DNA of 64,000 nucleotides from Candidatus Bandiella sp. (GTDB lineage Bacteria; Pseudomonadota; Alphaproteobacteria; Rickettsiales; Midichloriaceae): NCBI GenBank assembly GCA_965229725.1, contig OZ245923.1, positions 994,992 to 1,058,991 of the forward strand, read 5' to 3'. Shown piece by piece: positions 1 to 10,063 of this stretch (position 1 is its first letter; each line of letters starts with the position of its first letter). The notes under the pieces were generated by a model. It saw only the letters and a program-made list of their open reading frames with translations, ran no database searches and was not told where the DNA came from. The position numbers and the translations under genes were made by a program.

Positions 1-2285
1 TATATTTGGTTGTCTTGATTTTGTGTAATACAGAAATATCTTAATGAAGCTGCGCTGATTAAAAATATCGAAATACCAAGTGAAAAATAGTAATAGCTTG
101 CTTCACCACCAACGATAAACTGTGATGTTTGATAGAATATAACTGATACTGCATATGCGGAAAGAGTTGACCATAAAGCCGAAGTTATTGCCCATCTTTT
201 ACCTATCTCATTAGATATCACACCAAATACTGAAACACACGGAAAGTATATTAAAATGAATATTAAATATGATAAAACAGCAAGTTTATCATCAAAATTA
301 TTTAGTATGTTTTTTATAATTTTATTGCTTACTTCATTATCTTCAAAATAACCTTTTTTAGTGTCCTCATTTCCCAAATAATATAATTTGTCAAAATTAT
401 CTGTAAAAATACCTGCTATCTTTTCAGGAATACTTAAAAAGGCTTTTTTATATTTTGATAAAATACTAAGGTTTGTTACTGAATCAGAATCATTGGATTT
501 ATCTGCATATAGAGAAATTAATGTTCCTACTACAACTTCTTTTGCAAATATCCCAGTAATTATTCCAACAGTTGCTGGCCAGTTTTTTTCATGCAACCCC
601 ATTGGTTTAAAAATGGGAGTTACTTTTCTTCCGATTAAATTAATAACATTTTCATTATCATATGTTCCGAATTCATTTTTAATTGGAATTTTTATAGTAT
701 TGATTAAATGAACAATAAAAAAGACTACTATAATGGTTTTACCAGCTCCAAAAATAAATGATTTAGTTTTTAAGAAGCTACTATTTATTATTGTTTTTAA
801 TTTGGGTAATTTATAATCAGGCAGTTCTATTAGCATGTTGGAATTAATAATTTTTTTAGGCCTATTTTTCACTAATAGACCTGTTAATATTGCCATTAAA
901 ATTCCAATAATATAGAGAATAAAGATGATGTTTTGCGTATTATTTGGAAAAAAGATATAGCAGAAAAGAGTGTATACAGCAAGCCTAGCTGTACAGGAGA
1001 CGAAGGGGGACATCATAATGGCGGAAATTCTTTCATTATGATTATATAGAACCCTAGTCCCTGTTATAGCTGGAACATTACACCCTAATCCAATAATTAG
1101 AGGCAAGAACGAGTGCCCTGATAAACCTAAAAATCTCATAATTTTGTTTGCTATGACTGCTGATCTTGCAATATATCCACTATCCTCCAAGATGGATAGA
1201 AACATATACATGGTAGCTATAATTGGAATGAATGATGTAACTGTTTGAATTGCACCTCCTAATCCATAAATTAATATATTAAGCCAATCAGACGTATAAA
1301 ATTTAGATGTAATCAATAAAGGTATGTCTATGAATGTGGCTCCTGCTATTAGACCAAAAAATTCTTGAAAAGCGCCACCTACATTAATACAAAAAACAAA
1401 CATTAAATATAGTACCACCAAAAAAATTGGGACCCCTAGGATTTTATTTAACACTATATTGTCTATTTTATCAGAGAATGATTCAGTATCAGCAACCTCA
1501 TTTTCACAAACTTTTTTGAAAAATTTCTCTATAAGGGCATATCTGCAATTTACTAAAACAAAATCTGATGTTTGCCCAAATTCTTTTTCAATATTGTCGC
1601 AAATATTCTTTGCAAACTTTTTTATTTTATCACCGTAATTGACGTAATTTCCTTCAATGATTATAATCTTGTCGCCATTTGATATTTTATCTAATTTATT
1701 GGTAGTGAGGAACCCTTCTAAATTTGAATAATGCTCTTTAATTTTTTTGGGATAAAAATCAAATATGTCTATGTTATTTTGAATATTTTTGTTTTCAATT
1801 AAAAAATCCTTTAGTTTATTAATATCACTTATTTTTTTTGCTGATATCGTGATAACTGGACATTTTAATGTTTCAGATAATTTTTCCTCATTAATTGTTA
1901 TACCTTTGTCCTTAGCTATGTCATCCATGTTCAACACGATAATAACTGGTATTTTCCTCTCAATTAATTGAAAAGTTAGATATAGGTTTCTTTTGAAATT
2001 TGCACTATCAATTACATTAATGAGAAAATTAAAATTTTCCTCTTTGATATAATTAATAGTAATATCCTGGTCTAAAGAAGTTTTTCCGCCAATACCTAGA
2101 GAATATAGTCCGGGCAAATCTGTAAGTTGAATCCCACAACTTTTAAAGTTAAATTTCCCAGTTCTTTTTTCAACTGTTACTCCTGACCAATTGCCTGTCT
2201 TTTGTGCCAGACCCGTTAGTTGATTAAATATTGTGGATTTTCCTGAATTGGGGTTTCCAATAATACCAACGGATAATTTTTCCAT
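1..2285 (-). CDS. feoB: Ferrous iron transporter FeoB (runs off the left edge of the window)
   Basis: Manual translation from ATG at 2285 gives MEKLSVGIIGNPNSGKSTIFNQLTG (G1 GTPase motif). The first codons of the window (..ALWSTLSAYAVSVIFYQ..) are in the same frame. It is absent from the ORF track, probably because the stop lies outside the window. Confidence 0.95.
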   Translation of the reverse strand, partial: MEKLSVGIIGNPNSGKSTIFNQLTGLAQKTGNWSGVTVEKRTGKFNFKSCGIQLTDLPGLYSLGIGGKTSLDQDITINYIKEENFNFLINVIDSANFKRNLYLTFQLIERKIPVIIVLNMDDIAKDKGITINEEKLSETLKCPVITISAKKISDINKLKDFLIENKNIQNNIDIFDFYPKKIKEHYSNLEGFLTTNKLDKISNGDKIIIIEGNYVNYGDKIKKFAKNICDNIEKEFGQTSDFVLVNCRYALIEKFFKKVCENEVADTESFSDKIDNIVLNKILGVPIFLVVLYLMFVFCINVGGAFQEFFGLIAGATFIDIPLLITSKFYTSDWLNILIYGLGGAIQTVTSFIPIIATMYMFLSILEDSGYIARSAVIANKIMRFLGLSGHSFLPLIIGLGCNVPAITGTRVLYNHNERISAIMMSPFVSCTARLAVYTLFCYIFFPNNTQNIIFILYIIGILMAILTGLLVKNRPKKIINSNMLIELPDYKLPKLKTIINSSFLKTKSFIFGAGKTIIVVFFIVHLINTIKIPIKNEFGTYDNENVINLIGRKVTPIFKPMGLHEKNWPATVGIITGIFAKEVVVGTLISLYADKSNDSDSVTNLSILSKYKKAFLSIPEKIAGIFTDNFDKLYYLGNEDTKKGYFEDNEVSNKIIKNILNNFDDKLAVLSYLIFILIYFPCVSVFGVISNEIGKRWAITSALWSTLSAYAVSVIFYQTSQFIVGGEASYYYFSLGISIFLISAASLRYFCITQNQDNQI

Positions 2286-2303
2286 CCTGATATTACCTCC
2301 AAT

Positions 2304-2540
2304 TTAACTTGCTATTTTGGTGGTGACTAATTTATGAGCAATAGAATTATCCAATGCATATTTGATGCCTTCGCATTTTATTATGGAGGAACCAAAATTA
2401 TTTTTTTGAAGTAATTTGATTTTTATTTTTGGCAATATTCCAAGTTCCATTAATTTAAGTTTTTGAATTTTATTTAGTGAAAATTTTTCTATTATAAAGT
2501 GAGCTCCTTTATTTAATTTACTAATAGAGTTATTTTTCAT
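2304..2540 (-). CDS. feoA: Ferrous iron transport protein FeoA
   Basis: 78 aa with the FeoA-type KLMELGILP motif, directly upstream of feoB. Confidence 0.9.
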   Translation of the reverse strand: MKNNSISKLNKGAHFIIEKFSLNKIQKLKLMELGILPKIKIKLLQKNNFGSSIIKCEGIKYALDNSIAHKLVTTKIAS

Positions 2541-2544
2541 AGTT

Positions 2545-2563
2545 GCAATTGATAATCATTCTT
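2545..2563. promoter_or_regulatory. Fur-box-like operator
   Basis: GCAATTGATAATCATTCTT matches GATAATGATAATCATTATC at 14/19 positions, 4 nt upstream of the feoA start. Confidence 0.65.
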
Positions 2564-2569
2564 GATAAG

Positions 2570-2598
2570 AATTTAGATTGTATTTCATTTATTGTCAA
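2570..2598 (-). promoter_or_regulatory. Sigma70-type promoter of feoAB
   Basis: Minus strand TTGACA (2598-2593), 17-nt spacer, TAAATT (2575-2570). Confidence 0.55.
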
Positions 2599-2627
2599 GA
2601 ACAATTTTGTATAATAGCTTCTTAAAA

Positions 2628-2890
2628 TTATGGAGGCCTCTTAAATATGAATGCATCCATCTTCAAGAATTTGATCATGTTACTCAACTACTAATAAATA
2701 TAGCTAGCTGATTGAATCTTTACAATAATAGACTACATTCAATAGTTTGTAGCCTAATTCACTCCAGATGAGGGTTATTATAGAGGTAATTCTTGGCTCA
2801 AAGCCAAAGAATTACAAATTTGCAGCCTAACTTTAACAATGAAATTTATCTGCCACTAAGCTATAAAATTGTCCAATCATCTAAAAGCAC
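2628..2890 (+). mobile_element. Degenerate 3' end of an IS3-family element, including an eroded right IR
   Basis: Reads LWRPLKYECIHLQEFDHVTQL..*LNLYNNRLHS, matching LWRSLKYECIYLQEFDNVVQL..WLEFYNNNRPHS of the IS3 at 14874-15497. TTGTCCAATCATCTAAAAGCA resembles its IR CTGTCCAACCAACTAGGACCA. Confidence 0.85.
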
Positions 2891-2892
2891 CT

Positions 2893-3576
2893 CTAGATAT
2901 TACTTTCAGCTACAGTGTAGTCGCTATTTAATTCTGCAGCAATATCTTGATCTATAATTTCATCCAAATCTGAAGCGCCTATTGTTTTCAGCTGCTCTAC
3001 ATTGCTTTCACAGTTCAATGATTTACACCAGCTCTCAATCAAATCTTTTCCTGCTAGTGATAGTGATACTACTGCTTTTGATATTTCACTTAGTAGTACT
3101 CCTGTTATTATAAATTCTAATTCCATTCCAGTTAGTGTTACTACTCCTTCTAGTGTTTTTGTTCCTAATTCTACCACTGGGACTCCTAATCCTTGTGCTG
3201 CTGTTAATCCTAGTACTGCTGTTCCTATAAGTGTATAATCCCCGTTTTCATCATAGTAATCAATGGCGTCTAGCACCCCTGCTGTTATTGTTGTTGTTGT
3301 GCTCCAGTCACTAATTAATTGAAAAGCTGTAGTATTATTAATAACGGACCTTGCCTCTCCATTCCAGTTAGGAGAGTTATCCTGTATTGTTATAAAATAA
3401 TTAAATTCATTAGCTATATATTGAGTTGTAGTATTATTCCATTGATATGGAAAATTTACTGGCTGTATACCATTAATGAGATTATCGAGCTTTGCTTTTG
3501 CATCAGGTCTCCTTAAATAAACTGTTAATTGGCCAAATAATTGTTGATTAGTTTGATTATGATAAGTGCTGAACAA
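2893..3576 (-). CDS. Hypothetical protein (227 aa) with a central hydrophobic region; probably a truncated gene
   Basis: ORF track. The stop abuts the IS3 remnant end, and the frame continues upstream of the TTG start to a TAA near 3636. Confidence 0.5.
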   Translation of the reverse strand: MFSTYHNQTNQQLFGQLTVYLRRPDAKAKLDNLINGIQPVNFPYQWNNTTTQYIANEFNYFITIQDNSPNWNGEARSVINNTTAFQLISDWSTTTTITAGVLDAIDYYDENGDYTLIGTAVLGLTAAQGLGVPVVELGTKTLEGVVTLTGMELEFIITGVLLSEISKAVVSLSLAGKDLIESWCKSLNCESNVEQLKTIGASDLDEIIDQDIAAELNSDYTVAESNI

Positions 3577-3789
3577 ATAATTATAACCATTTACAACATT
3601 ACCTGTTATAAAATTAGCAATACTATAATAATGTTACGTTAAATTTGCATGCTAGAGCTTTCCTGTAAAATTTTGGCAACAAAACTAGAGGGACAATAGC
3701 TGTATTCATTCTTTGTGGATGTTACTTAATAAGATCCCTTCTGCCACACGTTTATTTAACAATGTCCTAAATTTTGTATTGAGTTGCTG

Positions 3790-4986
3790 TTAATCATTTT
3801 TATAATTAGCCCTGTTTAATACTACTAGTGATATTAGTGTGGCAATTATTGCATATATTTCCATTGGATAAATAGTAGTATCATAAAAAATACTCACTAA
3901 CCTAACGCCAACTGAACTTATAAACATTTCAAATGTTATCATGATTGCCGAGGCGCTGCCTGATAGCTTTGGCACTGCACTGACTATTTTATGAGTGGCA
4001 TTTCCAAAAATACATGCGATTCCGCAAAGATATGGAATTTTAATTAATTGAATATTTAGTGCAGTTAAATAGCCAATCCATTCACCAATTATCAGGATAA
4101 CACTGCTCAGAGCTATTAAGTACAAGGAGTATTTTATGATATCATTTGTAGAAAAATAATTAACCAGTTTGTTACATATTAGTCCCCCAATCACAAACAT
4201 CGAGGCACCCAGAGCCATTAATAATCCACAATTTTCAACACTAGTACTATGAGTCTCTACAAATAATAAGGGTAAGTTTGTGATGTTCACAAATGCAATG
4301 GAAACCATTAAAACTTTAATTATTAAGAATTTTATATATGTCGGATTTTTAAATAATGTCAGATAGTTTTCTAAAATATTTTTGAGATTAATTGTCGTTT
4401 TTTTACTTTGTAAAGTTTCTGGTAATAAAAACATACTATATATAAATAATAATAAACCCAAAGAAGCGATCAGCTGAAAACTATGTCTCCAACCTATAAT
4501 ATTTCCAACATATCCGCCAAGCGCTGGGGATATAGCAACCATGGTTCCAATAATTATATGAAGAGTGATAATTGCCTTTTCAAACGCTTTACCTTTATAA
4601 ATATCGTATACAATAGCATTTCCAACTGACCATGATACACCTGCCCCTAAACCTTGGACAAATCTTAAAATAAATAAAATATATATTGAATTTGCAAATG
4701 ATATGCTATACGAGGCAATTGTAAAGCATGCTATTCCAAATAAGACTAATTTTTTTCTACCCCATGCATCAGATAATGTACCATAGATAATTGAGGAAAT
4801 CCCAATCCCGAAGACATTAACAGCAGCACTAAATTGAATTAATGATTCATTAACCTGAAATTCTTGCCTAATATTGGAAAGCAATGGCAAATAGAAAAAT
4901 ATAGCTAGGTCAAATACTGAAATTGTCGCAATGACAATAAAAAAAATACTACTTTTTTTGTATTTATTAAATAACATACTACACAT
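3790..4986 (-). CDS. Bcr/CflA (DHA1) family MFS multidrug efflux transporter
   Basis: 398 aa, about 12 TM segments, motif A GTLSDAWGRK, LRFVQGLGAG. Confidence 0.9.
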   Translation of the reverse strand: MCSMLFNKYKKSSIFFIVIATISVFDLAIFFYLPLLSNIRQEFQVNESLIQFSAAVNVFGIGISSIIYGTLSDAWGRKKLVLFGIACFTIASYSISFANSIYILFILRFVQGLGAGVSWSVGNAIVYDIYKGKAFEKAIITLHIIIGTMVAISPALGGYVGNIIGWRHSFQLIASLGLLLFIYSMFLLPETLQSKKTTINLKNILENYLTLFKNPTYIKFLIIKVLMVSIAFVNITNLPLLFVETHSTSVENCGLLMALGASMFVIGGLICNKLVNYFSTNDIIKYSLYLIALSSVILIIGEWIGYLTALNIQLIKIPYLCGIACIFGNATHKIVSAVPKLSGSASAIMITFEMFISSVGVRLVSIFYDTTIYPMEIYAIIATLISLVVLNRANYKND

Positions 4987-5149
4987 CTATAATGATTGGA
5001 TACAGAGAAGAATGTATATACTCTTATACTGATATTGTAAAGAGCAATAAGCTAATCTTGGTAAACAGCAGAAAGCTCAATTCACTTTGCTAAAGTATCT
5101 AAAGACGTTAGCATTATTAATCATTATTATTGCAATAATCTTTGGCTGA

Positions 5150-5698
5150 TTATCTTTTAGAGAATTGAAATTTCTTTCTAGCTTTAGGTTGCCCATATTT
5201 TTTTCGTTCAACTTTTCTACTATCTCTAGTAAGAAAGCCACCACTTCTTAACGTGCTATGGAACTCATCACTAATTTGATTTAGCGCCTTACTTATGCCA
5301 TGTCTAATAGCTCCAGCCTGGCCTGACAAGCCGCTTCCTAAAACCTGGCATACTATATCATAGGAACCTTGCGCTTTAACAATGTCAAAAGGCTGGTTAA
5401 TAATCATTCTATAAATTGGCCTCTTAAAGTAGTCTATGATACTTTTTCCATTTACTGTTATTTTACCAGAGCCTTTTTTTAGCATCCAAACTTTCGCAAT
5501 TGCCGTTTTTCTTTTTCCAGTGGCATAAATTTTATCCGTTACTACTATTTTTTTACTTTCCTTTTTTCCCGCAGCCACCGATTTACTTACGGATCCAGCT
5601 TTAGTCACAGTTTTTGATTTAGGTTTTACCTGAGGCGCAATCTTAGTTTTGCTTTCCTCTTTTTTAATCTTTTTTACGATCTCTTCTTTGTTAGTCAT
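5150..5698 (-). CDS. rpsI: 30S ribosomal protein S9 (Lys-rich N-terminal extension)
   Basis: [28 protein letters not shown]-terminal QFSKR. Confidence 0.98.
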   Translation of the reverse strand: MTNKEEIVKKIKKEESKTKIAPQVKPKSKTVTKAGSVSKSVAAGKKESKKIVVTDKIYATGKRKTAIAKVWMLKKGSGKITVNGKSIIDYFKRPIYRMIINQPFDIVKAQGSYDIVCQVLGSGLSGQAGAIRHGISKALNQISDEFHSTLRSGGFLTRDSRKVERKKYGQPKARKKFQFSKR

Positions 5699-5703
5699 AA
5701 CTA

Positions 5704-6159
5704 CTATTTAACAGGGTTAATTAAAACAGGACTTTGTGCTTCATGAGGATGATTTTCACTAGCGTAAACATGCATACATTTGAGTTGCTGTCTTGCAAGT
5801 GGACTCTCCTTGGGTAACATTCTCTTTACGGCCAATTGCAACATTCTTTCTGGATGCTTGCCTGATATTAGATCAATAGCCTTAATTTGCTTAATTCCCC
5901 CAGGAAATCCTGTGTGTCTATAATAAATTTTTTGTTGAAATTTTTTGCCAGTTAATTTTAATTTATCAGCATTTATCACAACAACATTGTCACCGCAATT
6001 AATGTGCGGTGTGAAGTATGGTTTATGCTTGCCACGTAAAATTTTTGCAATTTGTGATGCAAGTCTTCCTAAAATCTGATCCTTCGCATCAATTAGTAGC
6101 CATTTTTTTTGCACATATGAAGGTTTTGCAAAAAATGTACTTGATAATTTTGTACTCAT
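5704..6159 (-). CDS. rplM: 50S ribosomal protein L13
   Basis: [38 protein letters not shown]. Confidence 0.98.
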   Translation of the reverse strand: MSTKLSSTFFAKPSYVQKKWLLIDAKDQILGRLASQIAKILRGKHKPYFTPHINCGDNVVVINADKLKLTGKKFQQKIYYRHTGFPGGIKQIKAIDLISGKHPERMLQLAVKRMLPKESPLARQQLKCMHVYASENHPHEAQSPVLINPVK

Positions 6160-6368
6160 AAAATAATTTATTATCTCTAAAAAACTTTAGTAGTATATGA
6201 ATATACATAAAACAAAAGTTATTACAACTTATTAATTATAAATTTAATATTTAATATAGCAATTTTTGTTGTCCTATAGATACCTACACATACTGTTGTT
6301 TTTATGCTAAATATGCCTTTGTACTGGTAATTTTATATAATAGTTAAATTATTAAATCATAAAAATAG

Positions 6369-6398
6369 TTGACAGAATGCAGGCTTGAATTACATAAT
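6369..6398 (+). promoter_or_regulatory. Sigma70-type promoter
   Basis: TTGACA, 18-nt spacer, CATAAT, 26 nt upstream of the 6425 ATG. Confidence 0.5.
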
Positions 6399-6424
6399 GA
6401 ATTTTCTTAACTATGTAGTGTGTT

Positions 6425-6997
6425 ATGAAATTTATAATTTATTTTCTATTATTATTCTCTGTATCAACATACTCATATTCTGCCACTAAATTAGAAGTAG
6501 GAGATGCTTTTAGTGAACCTGTTATTGATTTCAAAAACCATAGAGCCTACATATCGCAAAATCTATTAAAAGGTAATTTATTAATTTTAAATCTAAAAAA
6601 CAACACCATTGAAAAAAGAGTCTTGGTAAGCAGCCACCCTTTTAAACCATTATTAAGTAATCAATATAATAGATTATATGTGGTAAGCAAATCTAAAAAT
6701 GTTGTAGAAATCTTGGACCTAAATAGCTTGAAAGTTATAGATACAATAAATTTGATGTATCAGCCGGATGGAGGGAGTATAATTTCAACTAAATTATCTC
6801 GTATATATGTTCCTCATGATAAGCATGGGATAATATCTGTAATAGATATGAAATCTAATAAAGTGGCAACCACAATAAATATAGGAGCTACTATTAATGG
6901 AAAATTAGTCTTAGTTGATGATGAATCAAAATTGCTGATTTCAAGTCATGGCACCGGATCAATTTATATTGTTGATTTAAATTTAAAGCATGAATAG
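6425..6997 (+). CDS. Secreted YncE/YVTN-type beta-propeller protein (about 4 blades)
   Basis: N-terminal signal peptide; repeats NRLYVVSKSKNVVEILDL, SRIYVPHDKHGIISVIDM, KLLISSHGTGSIYIVDL. Confidence 0.75.
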   Translation: MKFIIYFLLLFSVSTYSYSATKLEVGDAFSEPVIDFKNHRAYISQNLLKGNLLILNLKNNTIEKRVLVSSHPFKPLLSNQYNRLYVVSKSKNVVEILDLNSLKVIDTINLMYQPDGGSIISTKLSRIYVPHDKHGIISVIDMKSNKVATTINIGATINGKLVLVDDESKLLISSHGTGSIYIVDLNLKHE

Positions 6998-7020
6998 AAT
7001 TTTTTATAAGAGTTAATAGT

Positions 7021-7362
7021 GTGAATATTATTTATGTAAAAGTAATAACGTTGTTAACGATTTCAAATATCTTCATGATTTTTGCATGGTATGGCCATCT
7101 TAAATTTAAGGGCTATAATGTATTTTTAGTAATATTGGTAAGCTGGTTAATTGCTTTGCCAGAATATTTTTTTCAAGTGCCGGCTAATAGGCTGGGACAT
7201 GCGCAGCTAAATGCATTTCAATTAAAGGGATTGCAAGAGATTATCAATTTAATAATATTTGTCTTATTCTCAATATTATATTTAGAAGAACCATTTACTA
7301 TAAGGCAATTTATTGGTTTTTTCTTTATGTCCATAGGTTTGTATTTTTGCTTTTCCAAATAA
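7021..7362 (+). CDS. DUF486 / DMT-superfamily small membrane protein
   Basis: FAWYGHLK, SWLIALPEY..QVPANRLG and QLKGLQEII motifs; 4 TM segments. Confidence 0.85.
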   Translation: MNIIYVKVITLLTISNIFMIFAWYGHLKFKGYNVFLVILVSWLIALPEYFFQVPANRLGHAQLNAFQLKGLQEIINLIIFVLFSILYLEEPFTIRQFIGFFFMSIGLYFCFSK

Positions 7363-7494
7363 ATTTCTTGTGAAGAAGTTTTTTTGTGTAATTTATTTTT
7401 GTTACTAAATTATGTTGCAAATCTCACATAGAACTTTAAGTTGCTTTAAGAAAGGCTGCTTTCAGCAGCAGCTCTCTTAAGATTAATAATGTTT

Positions 7495-8142
7495 TTATAA
7501 TTCATCATGTTGATCAGCGTTATTATCAGTATCTTGAAAAAAATCATGCTCTACAATAAAATCTAAAACTTTCACTACATTTTGAACAGCTTCCTTACGA
7601 TGTTTATCATTTGGATCAAAATTTTCAATTACATGTGCGTAATGTGAAAAAAGGTCATCATGTAATTTCTCCGTATTGCTAAATAAAAACTTTTTTTCTG
7701 CTTTGGAAGTTCTATCTAACTTATGAATTACTATTTTATAGCCTATATCATAGTTTTGTACAGTATCAGACTAAATTTGATAAAGCCCCTTATAGCCATT
7801 CAACTAATATGAATGAAAAACTGTTTCGAATTCTGAATCACTTTTTAACCGATCACTGCTTATAGCTGTGTCACATACACCCCAATAATTCTGTTGAGCA
7901 TTTGGAAGACAACCTATTATACTCTTAGCTATGCCATATCCGACAGCAGCTGGAGATAGGTTAAATGTTTTGTCAACTGTTGTTATAAATAAATCACACT
8001 CTTTTTTGCCCTCTAATCTTGTATCCTCACAGTTATCTCTTATTTCTTTATCTCCACTAACACAGTTAAATAGATCTTTGAATTTTCCCGTTTTTTGAAG
8101 ATTGTCACTTATTTCTTGAAAATAATCCTTATAAGATTTCAT
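7495..8142 (-). pseudogene. Single ~215-codon gene broken by two in-frame TAG codons, ending in QHDEL
   Basis: The frame of ORF 7804..8142 continues past TAG (7806-7804) and TAG (7773-7771) without a shift to ..VEHDFFQDTDNNADQHDEL-TAA (7497-7495). Confidence 0.8.
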
Positions 8143-8313
8143 GCTATGCCCCTCTTAAATATTAAAAAAGCGAGTTATAGTATAATATCTTTATTAGCCA
8201 ATATCAGAATTTATCCCTTACTACCTGTCCAGTTTTTTAGCACCACCTCTACATTCTTAAGGTTAATTTAAATGTTCAATTAGCAAACAGCATAACATTC
8301 GGCACATTGCACA

Positions 8314-8634
8314 TTAAACCCATCTTTTCACAGCGTCTGCAGTACCATATGGATTGGAATTAAAACAAATATTAGCACTAAGAGCGCTTTTGTGAATAGC
8401 ATTGATTAATTTTTCAAACAAAAGCATATTATCATTATCTTTACGAACACCAGCGCCTATCAAAATACAATTGTATTCTTTACCACGCAATAGCTTTGCT
8501 AATTTGGCAATAATCGTATCTTGATTATCTATAAAAAATAATTCTGCATCGTACCCAAGATCATTGATTTCATTTTATGATTTAGTCCTGGGTAATATCA
8601 CCTAACCCCTAAAATAATGCCCTTTATTAGACAT
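8314..8634 (-). pseudogene. Decayed conserved hypothetical protein (IGAGVR..LFEKLIN..CFN type)
   Basis: The 3' part reads INDLGYDAELFFIDNQDTIIAKLAKLLRGKEYNCILIGAGVRKDNDNMLLFEKLINAIHKSALSANICFNSNPYGTADAVKRWV*. The 5' part carries stops and frameshifts (TAA at 8577). Confidence 0.7.
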
Positions 8635-8737
8635 CTAATTGGCCATAAATTATAAATGCTTCTCGCTAAGATATTTTATTGAGTTGATTTGCGCTTGATG
8701 ATAGAGTGTATCCAATCAAAAGATAAATCATATATTT

Positions 8738-9406
8738 ATGCCATATTTCATTAGCATATTAAAGGAAATAGTTAAGCCATATCATTTACTTCAGCATCCA
8801 TTTTATCAAAAATGGAATAAGGGAGCCCTTAATAAAAAAGTTTTGCAGGAATATTCTAAACAATACTTTCATCATGTTGAGGCTTTTCCCAGATGCATCA
8901 GTGCTATTCATTCAAATTGTACTGAATTGGAAAACAGGCAAATCTTATTGGGCAACCTAATGGAAGAAGAAGATAAAGAAAATCACCACCCTGGCTTATG
9001 GTTGAAATTTGCTAACGGATTGGGAGTAAATTCAAACGAAGTTAAAAATGCAAAACTGAATCAAGAAACTGAAGATTTAATAGATGGATTTTTTGAAATT
9101 ACTAGAAATTCTTATGCAAAAGGCTTAGGAGCTTTGTATACGTATGAATATTCTGTGCCAGAAATTGCTAAATCTAAAATTATGGGATTATCAAAATTTT
9201 ACGGAATTAGTGATGCAGAGGCTATCAAATTTTTCACCGTACATATTCAAGCGGATGAATGGCACTCAGAAGAATGCCTAAATTTATTAAAAAATTTAAA
9301 ATCCTCTAAGGAACAACAAGAGGCTATAAATGGGGCAGAACAGCTTTCAAAACTGATGTGGAATTTTTTAACTGGTGTAGACAAGGCAACAGCACGTATT
9401 CAATGA
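8738..9406 (+). CDS. CADD-family (heme-oxygenase-like, PqqC/TenA fold) dimetal oxidase, putative pABA synthase
   Basis: HPFYQKW, NLMEEE, HPGLW, FFTVHIQADEWH metal-ligand pattern as in Chlamydia CT610. Confidence 0.85.
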   Translation: MPYFISILKEIVKPYHLLQHPFYQKWNKGALNKKVLQEYSKQYFHHVEAFPRCISAIHSNCTELENRQILLGNLMEEEDKENHHPGLWLKFANGLGVNSNEVKNAKLNQETEDLIDGFFEITRNSYAKGLGALYTYEYSVPEIAKSKIMGLSKFYGISDAEAIKFFTVHIQADEWHSEECLNLLKNLKSSKEQQEAINGAEQLSKLMWNFLTGVDKATARIQ

Positions 9407-9723
9407 TTGTTAATAACCAACTAGGCATCTAGGTTTTTCAAGCCTTCCTCACAAACATGTAATTTCTCCTCTTTTGCACTAAACTAACCTAAGCTGAAAA
9501 TAAGAACTAGGATATAGAAGGGCGCAAAAGCCTACTATAAGATGGTTAATGATAACTATAGCTAGGTTCAGGAAAAATTGTTATAGTCCCACTATGTATA
9601 TAACATATCAAACGCCAATAACAGTAAAATCGCATAATTAACGCAACTTCATCATAGCTCTTTTATATTGCTTTGGCTATATATGGTAAGGAGAATAACA
9701 ACATGAAGTTATAATGCTAGAGG

Positions 9724-10041
9724 CTATATTTTCCAAACTTCTTCTAAATTATATTTTTCTCGAGCTTCAACTTGAAAAATATTGATTATAAATTTTTCTG
9801 CGTCGATCAAAATCCACTCACCAGAAATATGACCTTCACTTTTAGTATAGATTTTATATTTTTGCTTTAGCAAGTCGCTTATATTGTCTGATAAGCTCAA
9901 TACATGTTTTGAGGAACTGCCCGTTGCTAATATCGCTTTGCTAAATAACAAATTTCTTTTTTCAAGATTGATAATTTTGATATTCTCTGCTTTAAGTTCA
10001 TCTAACTTTTCAAGCACAGATTTTATAATTGCATCTGTCAT
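9724..10041 (-). CDS. rsfS: Ribosome silencing factor RsfS (Iojap)
   Basis: LDELKAENIKIINL, LATGSSSKHV, WILID, REKYNLEEVW. Confidence 0.9.
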   Translation of the reverse strand: MTDAIIKSVLEKLDELKAENIKIINLEKRNLLFSKAILATGSSSKHVLSLSDNISDLLKQKYKIYTKSEGHISGEWILIDAEKFIINIFQVEAREKYNLEEVWKI

Positions 10042-10063
10042 TATTTAAAAATAATATACATCA

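Noticed and set aside
388-1971. Plus-strand ORFs 388..711 and 1789..1971
   Set aside because: Antisense shadows of feoB
7771-7806. Amber (TAG) recoding explaining the two in-frame stops
   Set aside because: No pyl genes or suppressor tRNA in the window. TAG ends normal genes here (for example ftsH and rsfS), and other pseudogenes are broken by TAA and TGA.
9410-9720. Possible ncRNA or decayed gene between CADD and rsfS
   Set aside because: No stable fold or recognisable peptide could be supported by eye
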